A DNA stretch of 63,769 bases, counting the filler, from Phoronis australis (lineage: Eukaryota; Animalia; Phoronida): assembly GCA_002633005.1 (NCBI GenBank). It is 12 parts of 12 records of this genome, joined end to end, with 100 filler letters (N's around TTAATTAATTAA, not from the genome) between each part and the next. Parts side by side here need not be neighbours in the genome. Positions count along the whole stretch, not along the records: positions 48,710 to 50,930 come from NMRA01003787.1; positions 51,031 to 52,925 come from NMRA01002484.1; positions 53,026 to 57,415 come from NMRA01002606.1; positions 57,516 to 60,611 come from NMRA01003228.1; positions 60,712 to 63,769 come from NMRA01003250.1; 7 more parts are not named here. One strand, written 5' to 3'. How positions within the stretch are numbered: the first letter of the stretch is position 1; every line of letters begins with the position of its first letter. This document shows, piece after piece, positions 49,136 through 61,586 of the stretch. The position numbers and the translations under genes were made by a program. Under the pieces are notes generated by a model that saw only the letters and a program-made list of their open reading frames with translations, was not told the origin of the DNA and did not search any database.

Positions 49136-49962
49136 AATGCGTGTTTCCATCAGTCCACCCTCTTTTATTTCTAATGAGTTCCATCCGCGGTTTGCATCCA
49201 CCTTAGGTTTTAGTTGCCCTGTTTTGAATGTTCCTGCCACCACTAACGAATGCACTCCCATGGTTGACACCCCAGTCCAATTACGTGAAGCTTGCTGTTT
49301 GGAATCGAATATAACCGCGCCATTTGACTTGATGTCGAAATTTGTGATGTCATTTCGACTTCGACCAAGCAGTGTTAGTGGCTCGTATGACGTAAATGAT
49401 CCTTCGATATCGAGGATATCGATATAAATAGAAGAAAATGGATGAAACGAAAATTTTGAGCTTCGACCCATTTCTAGCTTCTGTAGCCCTGTGGTAAGAT
49501 TCAGACCCGCTGCATGAAAAGACCCATGAATGATAAAAATAAAAGAATGAATCTCGGAAGCATAGGTTCTGTCTTGCTCGTCCGGACCACTGTCCGTATC
49601 AAGTGAAACAGAACCACCAGCCAGAATAGTAACGTTCAGGGAAGTTTCGGAAGTAAGACCACGCATCACCACCGTGTTATAAATTTCCAGTTTTCCTGAA
49701 ATAACGAACAAATTGCACCACAGCTCATCACCAGCTTCAAATGCAAAAACTCCGTTGGAAGCAACTTCAACGTAGTCCCAGCCAGTTGTTGGGGTTAATT
49801 GAGGTTGCACCCGACCAGATAGGAACTGGCCGCTGATTACGGCAGAATGGAACCCCAGCACCGAAGAGGCGGACCAGTTATGGGCGTTTTGCCTTGCTGC
49901 GTCTAGTTCAAACGTTCCCGTTCGATTTATCCGTAGAAGCTCCGTTCTCAGTCTCGATTTAC
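49136..49962 (-). CDS. Large beta-solenoid repeat protein, second visible exon
   Basis: TGTTTCAG|GKSRLRTELLRINRTGTFELD... to ...GGLMETRI|GTAAGT; 827 nt open. Confidence 0.88.
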
Positions 49963-50273
49963 CTGAAACAAAAATACACCATTGAAGACCAGTATATGGT
50001 GTTTGTTTTCGCAGGAAAAGAAAAGGTTACAATGGAGAAGTACAATTACTTATTCGAAGTCGACGTTGAGCTAGACAACATCTGTGAAGCATATGGTTTC
50101 ACAGCAGGTGTTGAGGTAAGTCTTTTATTACAAAAAGATAGGCAAGACGCATGGGTTTAATTATTCAAGTAACCAACTTGTACATGTCAAATATGTGGTT
50201 TTACGTAATGCGCATCATTATCAGAAAATTATACTATTTCAATTATAGAGAGAAAAAACTGGAAATACTCCAC

Positions 50274-50930
50274 CTTTCAGTGTTATGGAGGTATTTACAC
50301 GCACATCTCCCGCTATGTCCAGTTGGTCCGTGATAAAATCACCGATTACCCCAGCCACCAGCGTTCCTCCGTTGCCCACGTAAAACAAGTCTGTTCCATT
50401 GCCAACCGAAAGATGGGGAATACTGGTGTAGCCGTTAATTGTAACTGTTTTGGCGTTCAAGACTGTCATTCGACTATTGTTGTTTCGGAGCGTGTTGTCA
50501 GCGTTCAGCGACATTTTCCCGGTGTTGCTGATGGTAAATGACACCATTCTTTTATCAGTGAGTCCGTAAAATTGAACTGAATTGGAGATAGTCACAGTTC
50601 CTGCTACATAGAACTCGTCACATGTTAAGTTGCCGACAACTGTTAATTCTAGCCTCCCATTGGTCTCGACAGAGAGTCTACGAAGCCCAGGCCCAAGGGA
50701 CAGTTTGTTAGCGGTCATTGTACCCGAAACCCTCAGTGAATCAGTACTAAGAACCGAAACATCTGAAGTGTTGTCGTAGTTAACATTGAAAACCACCGTT
50801 CCTCCAGGTGCCACGCTGAACTCTAACAAACTACTATTGGCTCTGCCTTGGAATTTGATGTCATTCTTCGTTTGAAATACGCCAGATACCTCAACTCTGT
50901 CAGCAATCAGTATTCCCCCAGCTGTGAATA
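50274..50930 (-). CDS. Large beta-solenoid repeat protein, first visible exon (cut by segment end)
   Basis: Open frame from the segment edge to ...NTSITLK-G|GTGGAG; phase 1 matches the next exon. Confidence 0.85.
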
Positions 50931-51037
50931 NNNNNNNNNNNNNNNNNNNNNNNNNNNNNNNNNNNNNNNNNNNNTTAATTAATTAANNNNNNNNNNNNNN
51001 NNNNNNNNNNNNNNNNNNNNNNNNNNNNNNCACTTAC

Positions 51038-51470
51038 CTCTGATATAAAAGTACTTTTAACTGGACGAATAAGCGAGGAACTCTCACGGCAGCACACAGA
51101 TTACTCCTACGCGGCGGCGAATGAGTGCGCATAACACCGAGGCCGGCCCTTCGCTTTACTTGAATTTAAGAAAATTAGTCAAAGTTGAGAGTAGTTTCTT
51201 TGAATTCTCTCGCCGGATATTGAGCACGCGGCGTAAACGGTAAACGCAGGCCGCGGACGAATACGAAAGTAGCGCGTACGCCGGATCCGCTGAGGCCATG
51301 ACTCATTACAATATAGAACACGCCGGGGATTTACGGCCACAGAACCCGGACGGAGATTTTCCTTCACGGGAACAATAGGGAAGGAGGCGTCGGGCGGGGG
51401 CGAGTGTCCTCGCGGCCCCTCTCGAGAAGTTTCTGTCCGACGGAATTGAACGGCAGTTGCCCACAATATC
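51038..51470 (-). promoter_or_regulatory. Probable CpG-rich promoter and non-coding first exon
   Basis: GC/CpG-rich patch at ~51090-51450 in an AT-rich background; strong minus-strand donor GAG|GTAAGT at 51032-51037. Confidence 0.4.
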
Positions 51471-53129
51471 CAGGTCCGAAATTAGCGTTTCAATATATAG
51501 ATTCATACAGATACAATAAATTGTTTTCTTACTGTGCCAAAGTTCTATAAATAATTTAAATATATTTTAGTAATTTACAACAATGAAAGAGAGATAACTG
51601 CGATTTTGTCAGTCTATTTGTATCCAATGTATTATTTACAGGTAAATATTTCTATAGTTTCATGTGCTTTACTTTATCAACCAAAAGATAAATTAGTTGA
51701 ACATTCCCATACAGGGCAGCGCTTTTTTGCTACCTAACCAAAATCCCAGATCGCATTTTCAAAGTACAACTCGCATTCATAAAATCCAGGTCGCAAAAAT
51801 TTTTCATGACATTTTTATGCACTTAAATTAATTTCTTAGGTCAAAATATAGCATTTTTGAGACATAAACAAGTTCTATTAAAATTGGCTGAGGGGTTATT
51901 TTGATTTTGTTATGAATGTGCCTTTTTTACACTTGAAAATTTGACTTAAAAACGTGGTCAGGTAACAATAATAAAGACACAGTGGTAAAAAGCCTCGAAT
52001 CCTAGATTTTTCTCTTTTCAAAAAATGTAATTTGCTTAGTGCTCGATTAGGCGACCTGCAGGCTGCCAATGCAACCTCAGATTGTGTGTGGCGAACTGGG
52101 AAAATTCCAAGTCGCCACGAGGTCGGCACTGCAACTAGTGTTGATTTCCAAACTTTAATTTACTTACAGTTTTCCTACAACTTTTGATTCACAATAGTTC
52201 CGTTGAAATTAAAACAAGAAGTAAACAGGCAGAAGTCGTAATTGTTTGGCAAAAATCGGGCAAGATTGGCCAAATTCACACCACCAGTCCTTGCTGCTGC
52301 CTGCATTCCATGCTCATTAGGGGGTCGTCAGCGGGAGGACTAATTTTTTGGTCGAGGAAAATTTACGCCGAATAGGGATCTTAGAATTTCTTACTGGCGG
52401 AGATCTCTTCAATTTTAGCGACTTGATATTTTGTTTGGCGATCTGGGATTTTGGCCAAAGTGACCCTGTTGGATGATGAACTCAGGAAAAGCAGCCATGT
52501 GTAGTGAATTTTGTTTGAAAAGATGACCTTTGTGTTGGGAACTTGTCATGAAAATGTGACTCATCTGAGGAGCACATGCTGTACATGTTCCTGTTTTGCG
52601 GTAGTCAGTCCTAGGCATATCGTAGTAATTTTTTCGTTAGATGCTTAGTAAATCCCAAAATAGAAAACTTCGGTTTTTATGTCCCTTATTCAACAAATGG
52701 TTGACTTTGTGTACGCCACACGTTCAATCAATTGCTGTATAAGGATTATAAAACCACCTTCATTACTGTAGACACCAATAACAACCAGATAAAGCTGACC
52801 CAAAATTCTCTGCCGTGACGACTGTGTGTAAGTGGAATTCTCCTCCAAGTAATACGTATTGTCCGAATAGGGACTCGCCGTCTTTTTTTGAAAGAATAAA
52901 ACAAGATATTCAAGATATAGGAAATNNNNNNNNNNNNNNNNNNNNNNNNNNNNNNNNNNNNNNNNNNNNTTAATTAATTAANNNNNNNNNNNNNNNNNNN
53001 NNNNNNNNNNNNNNNNNNNNNNNNNGACTTGTACCCAAATCAGAGGTTGTCATGTTTCTCGATGTATGTTGCAAAAGAATTCACTTGATTTGAACTGTGG
53101 CAAAGTAACTTGATTAAGTTTTTGAAAAT

Positions 53130-53635
53130 TGCTTTTGTGTTCAGGCAAAGAATATTCCTGTAAAATGTGTGCGCAAGGTCAAATATTTTTACTCAAAATC
53201 GAATGCAAAATTATTTTTGGCATTTTCTGTTTTACTTTTGTGCGAATTCAAGATAGGTGTCTTATTCTGTGCTCCAGTACATTATGGTTTATGTGTATAA
53301 GTTTCTATTCCAAATTCACACTTGATAACCCCCTTGATTCGAGCAACAAAGCAGTAAAAACTTAATGCTTGGGTCATCAAGTGCAAAATGGGATTAGACC
53401 ATTATCCACCTAAGCCATTACTTGACCATAGAATAATAGACACATATCTTGAGGTCGCACAAAAGCAGAATAGAAATTTAAAATGCTGAAAACAATTTTG
53501 GTTTCGAATAAAAGGTTAGTCCTCAGTCAATGGAATACAAGAACATTGCCTGTTAATTAAGAATGGCCTTGTATTCCAATATAAGATCATGGCCTTATGT
53601 TTGGGGTCATTTGCATTCTAGCATGAACAAAACTT
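53130..53635. mobile_element. Diverged fold-back element in the intron upstream of the RPL39 last exon
   Basis: ~53195-53290 is complementary to ~53410-53508, and ~53133-53153 to ~53614-53631. Confidence 0.55.
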
Positions 53636-54198
53636 TAATCTAATTCTCCAAAACGCAATATTATGCCTATAAAGCCTTATGTACAATGTTTTTCAGTTCT
53701 AGTTCATAGATACTATTAGTAGTCTTAAAACGTCAGTACTTGTTGTTTTGTCATGTTGTGTCTTAAGGTTTAAATTTCACATGCTCACTGCCTTTCTCAC
53801 GTTGGGACTAAAACAGTTTAATCAGGACTTGGAATTTTCCTGTTTTAAGAGGATTTCCTCTTTTTTGATTTCGATTTCCTCTTACTTGATTTTCATTTTC
53901 CTCTTTTTCGTCTCTTTTTATCATTATTTTTACATTATTCATGCAAAACGTTTACTTCAGTTTAATTTTACAACACAATAATATTGAGCTATCACACAAG
54001 CCCTGTTGGGTCTCACTGCCAAACCATTGAGATATATATATATTAGTTGTCTGAAAAATCCAAGAGCATGAGTTAAAAAATGTACTATGGAACTTACTCC
54101 AGAATACTGCATCTTAGTTTTACAAGTTTTACTGCTCTTACATGAATTTTGACTGGTTTGACCGTTGCTAACTCCTGGTTTTGGTTCAATGTTTTCAG

Positions 54199-54247
54199 GT
54201 ACAATGCCAAGAGGCGTCACTGGAGACGTACCAAGCTAAAGCTGTAG
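54199..54247 (+). CDS. RPL39: 60S ribosomal protein L39, last coding exon
   Basis: TTTTCAG|G TAC AAT GCC AAG... = (R)YNAKRRHWRRTKLKL*, the conserved eL39 C-terminus; AATAAA at 54412. Confidence 0.95.
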
Positions 54248-56265
54248 TGTCTTGTACACAGAATGAAGGAAAAAGCCGGAAGACTTTTGAACACATGGTG
54301 TGCCTCATAGGACTGTTATGAACAATCTATAAATTCTGACAAAACGTAACGAACTCCTATGTTATCGATTTTGTTTGGTGGCTGCAGCGCTGGGTACTCT
54401 GGAAAACTTAAAATAAAGTTCATGTGGTCTTTTGGAAATGTATTTTGTTTTTTCTTAAATTAGCCGTCGGGGGTATTTCTTGGGGTAGAGGGTTGCTATT
54501 GCATGTTCAGATTGTAGACCAACACAATATCCGAGAAAGTGCTGGGCCCAGTAAGACAGGACAAGAAGCCCCATGTGGCAAAACTTGTGCTGTGTTCCTG
54601 TCCTACTTCCTGTACTGTACCAATGCATGAAACGTGGCTGAACTCTTTGGCCAAGGAGACTAATAAGTGGATACTTATCTCTGTGGTGACTGATGAATAA
54701 TTGGAACTGAAGGAAAGAGGATGACTTGTGCAGATTGACAAATTATGCAGACTAATTGACGTTACCCTTCGCCTTGAGTAGCTGGTTAATGAAAATTAGC
54801 CTTATACTCTCAAAATAGGTATAACGAGTACAGTCTGGGAATGGAAAAAAATTGGGCTAGGCCAATGTCAAAATTGTGATATTTCAAAAATAGTGCAAAT
54901 ACCCATTGCCTGTGAGCTGTGTTGCGGACTAGGCAATAATTCAAGGTCTGATAAGGGGGTTTAAACAGGAGTGTTTGGTTGAGAATTCAACTTTGGCAGT
55001 TAAAGGGAGTGAAATGCTAGGTGGTCGCTTGTTTAGTGTGACGTCATTTTGACGCTTTTCACCCAGTCGAAATGCCAAAATTAAAAACGAAAAAATACTA
55101 TTCAGCCAGGTTTGTTTATGCTGTATATTAACAAGAACTTGCAAAGTTATTACCTGGCTATAGCCCTGGTAAATCTTAGTCCTCAACAGTGGGCGCAACC
55201 GTTGTCGGAGTGCACCGATAAAACGAACGTCATTTTTGTAAAAAAATCCAATGCGAAATTGCCGTTGTAGTTAACCAGGCTCTGCAAAAGTTTTGGAAAT
55301 GTGACGTGACTGCATTTCTGTTCTTATTTGCGAGTTCCAATCGCGTCACAATGATGGCAGATACATCATCACTAAAGAGCTGACAGAATGAGAGTAAGCC
55401 TCGGCAGGCTAGTGAAACCGCTTCTGTGAACATTTTGTGAGTCATTTTGTTTTGGTATTACAAACCACTGCATTTTATATGAGTGAAGATTCTGCCCATG
55501 ATAATATACATTTCTGTGAACTTTGTGACTTCTTAAATTTGGCTAATTCTGCAACGAAATTGACTAGAACATATCTAAAAACGGTAAAATCAGATGTGAC
55601 ACTGCAAAATAATATTTCCACAAGTCGCATTATGTCAAAAACAGCTAATTTTTACTCCTTGGGATGGAAATGTTAGGCATTTCTTAATTGATTAGCACCG
55701 CCATTTCAAACACTGAAGTTGTGACCAGAATTTTTGCAAAATGCCATTGTCTTCAGTTAACTTGATAACCACAAATGTTTGATAGGTACATTATTGTAAA
55801 GTATTGCTTTTCAAAAGAAATCGTTAAACTTTATGGTGACAAAGATTCACGATTTCTCTGCTTCCATTGGATCTACACAACATTTATGTCAAATGGTAAA
55901 CCGAGTATTTTAATTTCACAAAATTAAAGTAAACCCTAAAGTTTGAAATGTTATGCCGTTTTTCATGTATTGTCAAATTAAATTTTTGGGTTTTGATCCA
56001 AGAACATCCTCTAGAACATGAGCTATGGTGATTAGACTTTGCTTTAGGAAAATGCACTTGATTGCAGCGCCAACGCAAAGTGAAAGGGGAGGCCGTCCCT
56101 GAACCTCTGACCCTATATTCCCCTATCCTGTTGCTTACCAGGCGATGGTACCCATCTTGATACGATTTTGACGGCCGTCGAAGGCGTAGGTATGGAGCAG
56201 TCGACTCAAAATTCAGGGAGACGTGTAGAAGAGAGAGATTCTGGAAATTTGACAACTATCAATGC

Positions 56266-56420
56266 TGCCTCCCGTTCAGTAACGCTAGGACCTCGCTAAA
56301 AAGCAAGACTTCGCGAGATTACGTGAGATATTGCCGTGCACTTTAAATGAAAACACGTGACTTTGACTAGGTTTAAGCTAGGTCCTAGCGTAGGTCCTAG
56401 CGTCTACTGAACGCACGCCT
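56266..56420. mobile_element. ~155-bp MITE, with a second partial copy at 44360-44465
   Basis: Inverted ends CGTTCAGTA.ACGCTAGGAC / GTCCTAGCGTCTACTGAACG. The internal ~105 bp are shared with 44360-44465. Confidence 0.7.
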
Positions 56421-58974
56421 GGCTTGATCCTTTGATGCTCTGGACAGGACATTTTTGTAAGGGGACCCCATTTTTGTTGTGTAGTTGCTAAGTAGATCGT
56501 TTAATCGTGCTTGAAAACGTGTGCTTAAATCATACATCAAGTTGTTTTTCAAAATCCGATTCACAGAAATCTAGAACAAATTAATTAAATTTTTTCTCGA
56601 GTCGTGCACTTGACCTTCTCTGAAACGGGGCAATGCGTGCGTCGCTCTTTTCCGGTATATCACATGAACTAAAATTGGGAACTATTTCACTTCCACCGAA
56701 AAAGGAAGTGAGGCTCCTAAAAGAGCTGACAAAAAACAAAATTGGCAGTTTCCACAGCCCAAAACCACTACTTTCCTGCCAATATTCGACATGAACTTAC
56801 ACAAGTTTCAGAAACAAATTTCCTGCAGATGCTGCAAATGTGATATAAAATGTGTTATCCAATGAGATTTTCTCAATTTTGGGTGGTTTGAGGGTGATAT
56901 ATGAAAAACTCTCAGCAGTTCTGTCAGTGGCTAAGCAGTCAATGCTATACGCGTCCGCCATAACTGAAGAAAAGTGTATCTTCAGCTCAGTAATCGAGGG
57001 CCGACATGTTTACAAAAACAAGCAAACCAGTTTCATCGCTGAACGTGTTCGTACTGCCTACCTCAAAACTGCCACCAAACATATGGCATATCCAAAATAT
57101 GTATTTTTTGAGCAGTGCAAATTTGTCGTGTGCAAATTGGTCGTGTAAACTGACCGCGGCTACAGTTTAAGAGTGCTAATTAGTCGCAGTCACAGCGGTC
57201 AAGCAGGGAAGTGGCTGACCCTACAACCATGCAGACTGCACAGTGCCATCAAAAGCAATGGAAGTCGCGGGTGGATATGACGCGAAAATCAATGTCCATG
57301 CCGGCCGTACTGTACGCTATAATGCAAGTTAGATAATCCCATCCGCCTTGTCCAAGTTACGCGTCAAAACGCGAGTTCGAAACGAAATGAGATGAACGGG
57401 CGCAAATTGCTTAGCNNNNNNNNNNNNNNNNNNNNNNNNNNNNNNNNNNNNNNNNNNNNTTAATTAATTAANNNNNNNNNNNNNNNNNNNNNNNNNNNNN
57501 NNNNNNNNNNNNNNNGGATTGTGTATTAGTTATGGGGCAGGTACTTCTTGGATCCTTATAACATCCTCTAACCATGTAATAAGGGATAACAACGTGTGAG
57601 ACCAGGACTTTAAATTAAGCTTCTTTCGTGAATATAAGGTTTCGCAAGACCTCGCAATATCACGCTAATGCAAAGCTAGTGCTACGTGAGTATGCTCAGG
57701 ACCTTAGTAGACTGTTCTGGCAAATTGACCGTGAGATTGAAATGTTGAATTACGGAATTTTATTCACTGTTTCCGTTCCAATAACTCCGCACGTGCAAAC
57801 CGATGTCTTTCGGTCTATAGAGAACTCTGCGTCATGCTCAGAACACATGAAATGTTAGCACTTCTAGCATAAGCGGATTTAGGGGGGCAGGGCCCCCTCC
57901 GCCCTTGGATGCCAGCAAAAAATAAAACAGCAAGAGCGTAGGGAAATGTTGAGTTTATTAATTAACCCCGGTAACTAAAATTATACGGATGAAACAAAAT
58001 TTCAATTTGTGCAATTTTAGTGTTTGGGGGGCTCAGATCCAATTTCAAGTGTCAAATTCGGAAAACCGCGCATTCGTAACGGAACTACGGCTAAGTATAG
58101 GCTCTCCCGCGATATCCCTGGCGACCGGCAGTGGCGCTGCGCACTACGACTCCGTTTCTGTCGTCTGCTCTACTGTGCAATGAAGAAAATTGCTTATTTT
58201 TTCTTAGATTATAGGCAACAGATTCGCAATTCCGACATTTACTTAGGTGTTAGCCAAGAGGCACCGCCACTCTCCTAAATTTTCTGGTGCAGTTTCCGCC
58301 TCCGGTTTGACGAGAAATACTTGCATCTACTTTACTGTCCACTACAACGAAAAAAATATTAATTTCGCCATTGAAACGTTGTTCAAAGTCTTCCAATAGT
58401 AGAAGTGTTGGTATCGTGAGTACTTTTGGCAATGCTACGGGTAATTAATTACAAAATTCAAACTTCGGTGCCGACTGACTATGTCGTATGCTTGCCCAAT
58501 AGCAGCATAGTTATCGGACAGTTTGCGATTTATGGTTTACATAGGCCAACGGAGAAAACTACGAAAGCATGTTTGTGCACAAATTCCAACGTAGGATTAC
58601 CTGTGAACGTAAAAGATACTTATATAACGTTTTTGGTTTAGAAAAATATTAATTTTGTTCGAATTAAAAAATGCGTCTCTGCAATGATTTGACTAGTTTA
58701 ACCTTTGCATGTTTATAATTCAACATTCTCAAGTGAGCAGTTCTTCTGGGAAGAGATGTTTGGCCCTTAAAAGGGCCGTTGGTTGTAGTGTGCATGAGCC
58801 TTAGGTATAGCGTGAAATGGTTCTTAAAAGAGCCGTTGAATAATTCAAAATTAATCACACTGTATACCGTGGTCACTCAAGTACTGAAGGTCCTCTTAAT
58901 TCAGATTTTCATCAGGGAAGGCCGGAATGAAAACAGAGGAGATGACAATATCGATGACAGTTGAAACACCTTAC

Positions 58975-59054
58975 ATAGATATAACCGTTCACCAACGTTG
59001 TCACGAACCCTGCCTCGTTCAGTTCTTGTTCCTGTATCCACAAATAATCCTGAA
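58975..59054 (-). CDS. Possible 80-nt exon, product unknown
   Basis: Strong acceptor TTTTTTCCCTACAG| and donor |GTAAGG. At least two frames are open and no domain is recognised. Confidence 0.3.
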
Positions 59055-60462
59055 CTGTAGGGAAAAAATGACAACACAACGAATCAAATTTCGAAAATTA
59101 TCGCCTTCGTACGATTCCGTGTTGCTGTCACCAGACTGATGTTCTTCTCCAATGTTCATGTAGAAAATCGACGTTGCAAGTGGTGGAAACTTGTCTACGC
59201 TCTCGTACCGGGTATGGCCTCGACGAATCACAATTGTCGNAGCCACGCATGCGCAATTCAATCACCACTAGTACAGCAGCGACACCGCGAGGAGAATTCT
59301 CCGAATAGCCCCATTAAAATTACTTCTGTGACAAAACGTGAATTTATAGTACCACTTTTATATAACAACACTTGTCAAGACTATTCACTATCGTGTAAAA
59401 TGCAAAGCAAAAACTGACTTAATTTCTTACAACATCGTGGAATTAGCCATAAAACCAATTAGCATTGAATTATCTGAAATAGGAATGCACGACGCTATAC
59501 AAAACCATTATCATTTCTATGATGTTTACTGCCTATAAATGTTTTACTAGGCTGACATCGCAATGTCTCGTTCCTGTAACTTGTAATATAGTGGGAGGGA
59601 TGACACAAACATGACAAACGCAGAAATGATGTCATATAATGGAAAATCCACATACTAAGTTCCATTCACGCAAGGATATCGCGAAGGAAAGTACTACTAT
59701 CACGTGTTTTACTTGTAACGCGATGGACCATGTCACGAGTTTTTGTGTGACTTTTCACGAGGTTGCGTTTGCAGAAAAGATCCAATATTTCAGAAGGACC
59801 ATACTTAGTATCCGTTACGCACGGGGCCTTTTTGTTACATTAGGAGTGGGATTGGTTCATATTATGTAGAGGTGGTGTAGGACTTTGCAAAACCGGTTGA
59901 AGAATTATGATTTTGTCATAAATGTTCATTTGAAAGGCGTAAGGTTAGGAATACTTTTGAAATAGTAGGAATTAAGGCTGGTTTTAAAAAAACGTTTGTA
60001 TGCTTACAAAAATATATCATTGAAGCATAAAAACAACCTTCATACCCCTTTGATATCCCTGTTCCATGTTTGCAAAGAAGTTGAATTGCGAGATAGATTT
60101 TGACTTGTTCAGGGGGTTATTTCTGAAGTATTAACGTAATCTTTATTTATGTTAAAGGTTTTACTAGCGTTCGATCCATTTATTTGTACACGAAGGTGAA
60201 TTTGTTGAAATCGCTGATCCAAATCCTGGCCAAATCTGCGCATTCTGCTGAGCTGAGACCAACCGTCTGATCAGGGCCAGCGAAGAGTAATTTGATCAAT
60301 TCGCTCACTAGACTATGGCTGAAGTTCCTCGTAAGCAGGAGTTCACGAGTCACTACCTTTGGAAGAAATTTAGCGGACAATTTTCGTCAAAATGTTTACC
60401 AGATAGTTTTCATCAAAACGGAGAAAAGAAAAATGGATTTGTGAAGACAGGATTAAGTAGTA

Positions 60463-60514
60463 GACCATCGCCTCTGTTGGCCCCGACCAGTCGGGGCCAA
60501 CAGAGGCGATGGTC
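60463..60514. repeat. Perfect 25-bp inverted repeat with a 2-nt spacer
   Basis: GACCATCGCCTCTGTTGGCCCCGAC-CA-GTCGGGGCCAACAGAGGCGATGGTC. Confidence 0.95.
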
Positions 60515-61471
60515 ATTGCCAATAGTAGGCCTACCAGAGCCTCTTAAAAACATTTATCTTCGAAGTGCCTTGACATAGGCGGATTTAGGGGGGGGCCCAG
60601 GGGGCCCGGGCNNNNNNNNNNNNNNNNNNNNNNNNNNNNNNNNNNNNNNNNNNNNTTAATTAATTAANNNNNNNNNNNNNNNNNNNNNNNNNNNNNNNNN
60701 NNNNNNNNNNNATTGTCAAACTATTTATTATGTCTCCTGAGTGACTATTGCATGGCGTGTCATCATGACTGGATTTTCAGGCGCACCTGTTTCTTGTGCA
60801 GGGAGTGGACAAAAAATGATAGTCCTCTGATTTACATTTTTTCAAATACTGAATTTTTTGTCAAAAATACATCAAAGGCTTCTTTGATGGTGAATTTGGC
60901 TTCCGTGAAGCCATCATTAGTAGGAATTCCGGGAATTCTGTGTCATTTTTTAAAATATTTTCAGCTTGTGCTGTACAAAGTTCAATGTTCATTAGCAGCA
61001 TGATGTAAACAACTTAATTATCATGTTACATAATGGCTTATTGCCTTTATACTAAATTTTTTGGTGCCACACTGAAAGCCATGAAAATTTTCTACTATGA
61101 AATAAATATACTTTTAAATCACTCAGTTTCAGCGTTTTTTCGATTTCACTTAGTGGACGTTACTTAACAATAGTGTATAAGGTAGACATTTGTGTACAAT
61201 TCAGTCATCGCGAAATTATTATCGTGAACAAAACCATTAATCAAAATACACAATCCATGTTTATCCAAAGAGAGGAAGATTGTCCTTATGAACGTTTCAT
61301 TTCAGCGCTTCTTTCCAAAATGCCATGAAGTTTGATCAGCTATAGGATAGCTTTTTCATTTCCTTAAGCTTTCCAGTAACACCTGCCATGATAGGGAAAA
61401 AATGACGGTCAGTTCCACTTACACTCAACCTTCATGGCAGAGAATTCTGCTTTACGCTCAGTGATGATGCG

Positions 61472-61586
61472 GAACAATGAGTCCTTTTGAACAACGAGTC
61501 ATTTTGAACAATGAGTCATTTTGGACAATGAGTCATTTTTGAACGAGTCATTTTTGAATGAGTCATTTTGAACGAGTCATTTTGAA
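61472..61586. repeat. 14-17-bp tandem repeat GAAC(AAT)GAGTCATTTT, about 7 copies
   Basis: Directly visible. Confidence 0.9.

Noticed and set aside
53530-53631. H/ACA snoRNA in the RPL39 intron (hairpin, ATATAA, weak hairpin, ACA)
   Set aside because: It is only ~100 nt with a poor second hairpin and no clear pockets, and its 3' part is the arm of a fold-back repeat. An Infernal search would be needed to revive the call.
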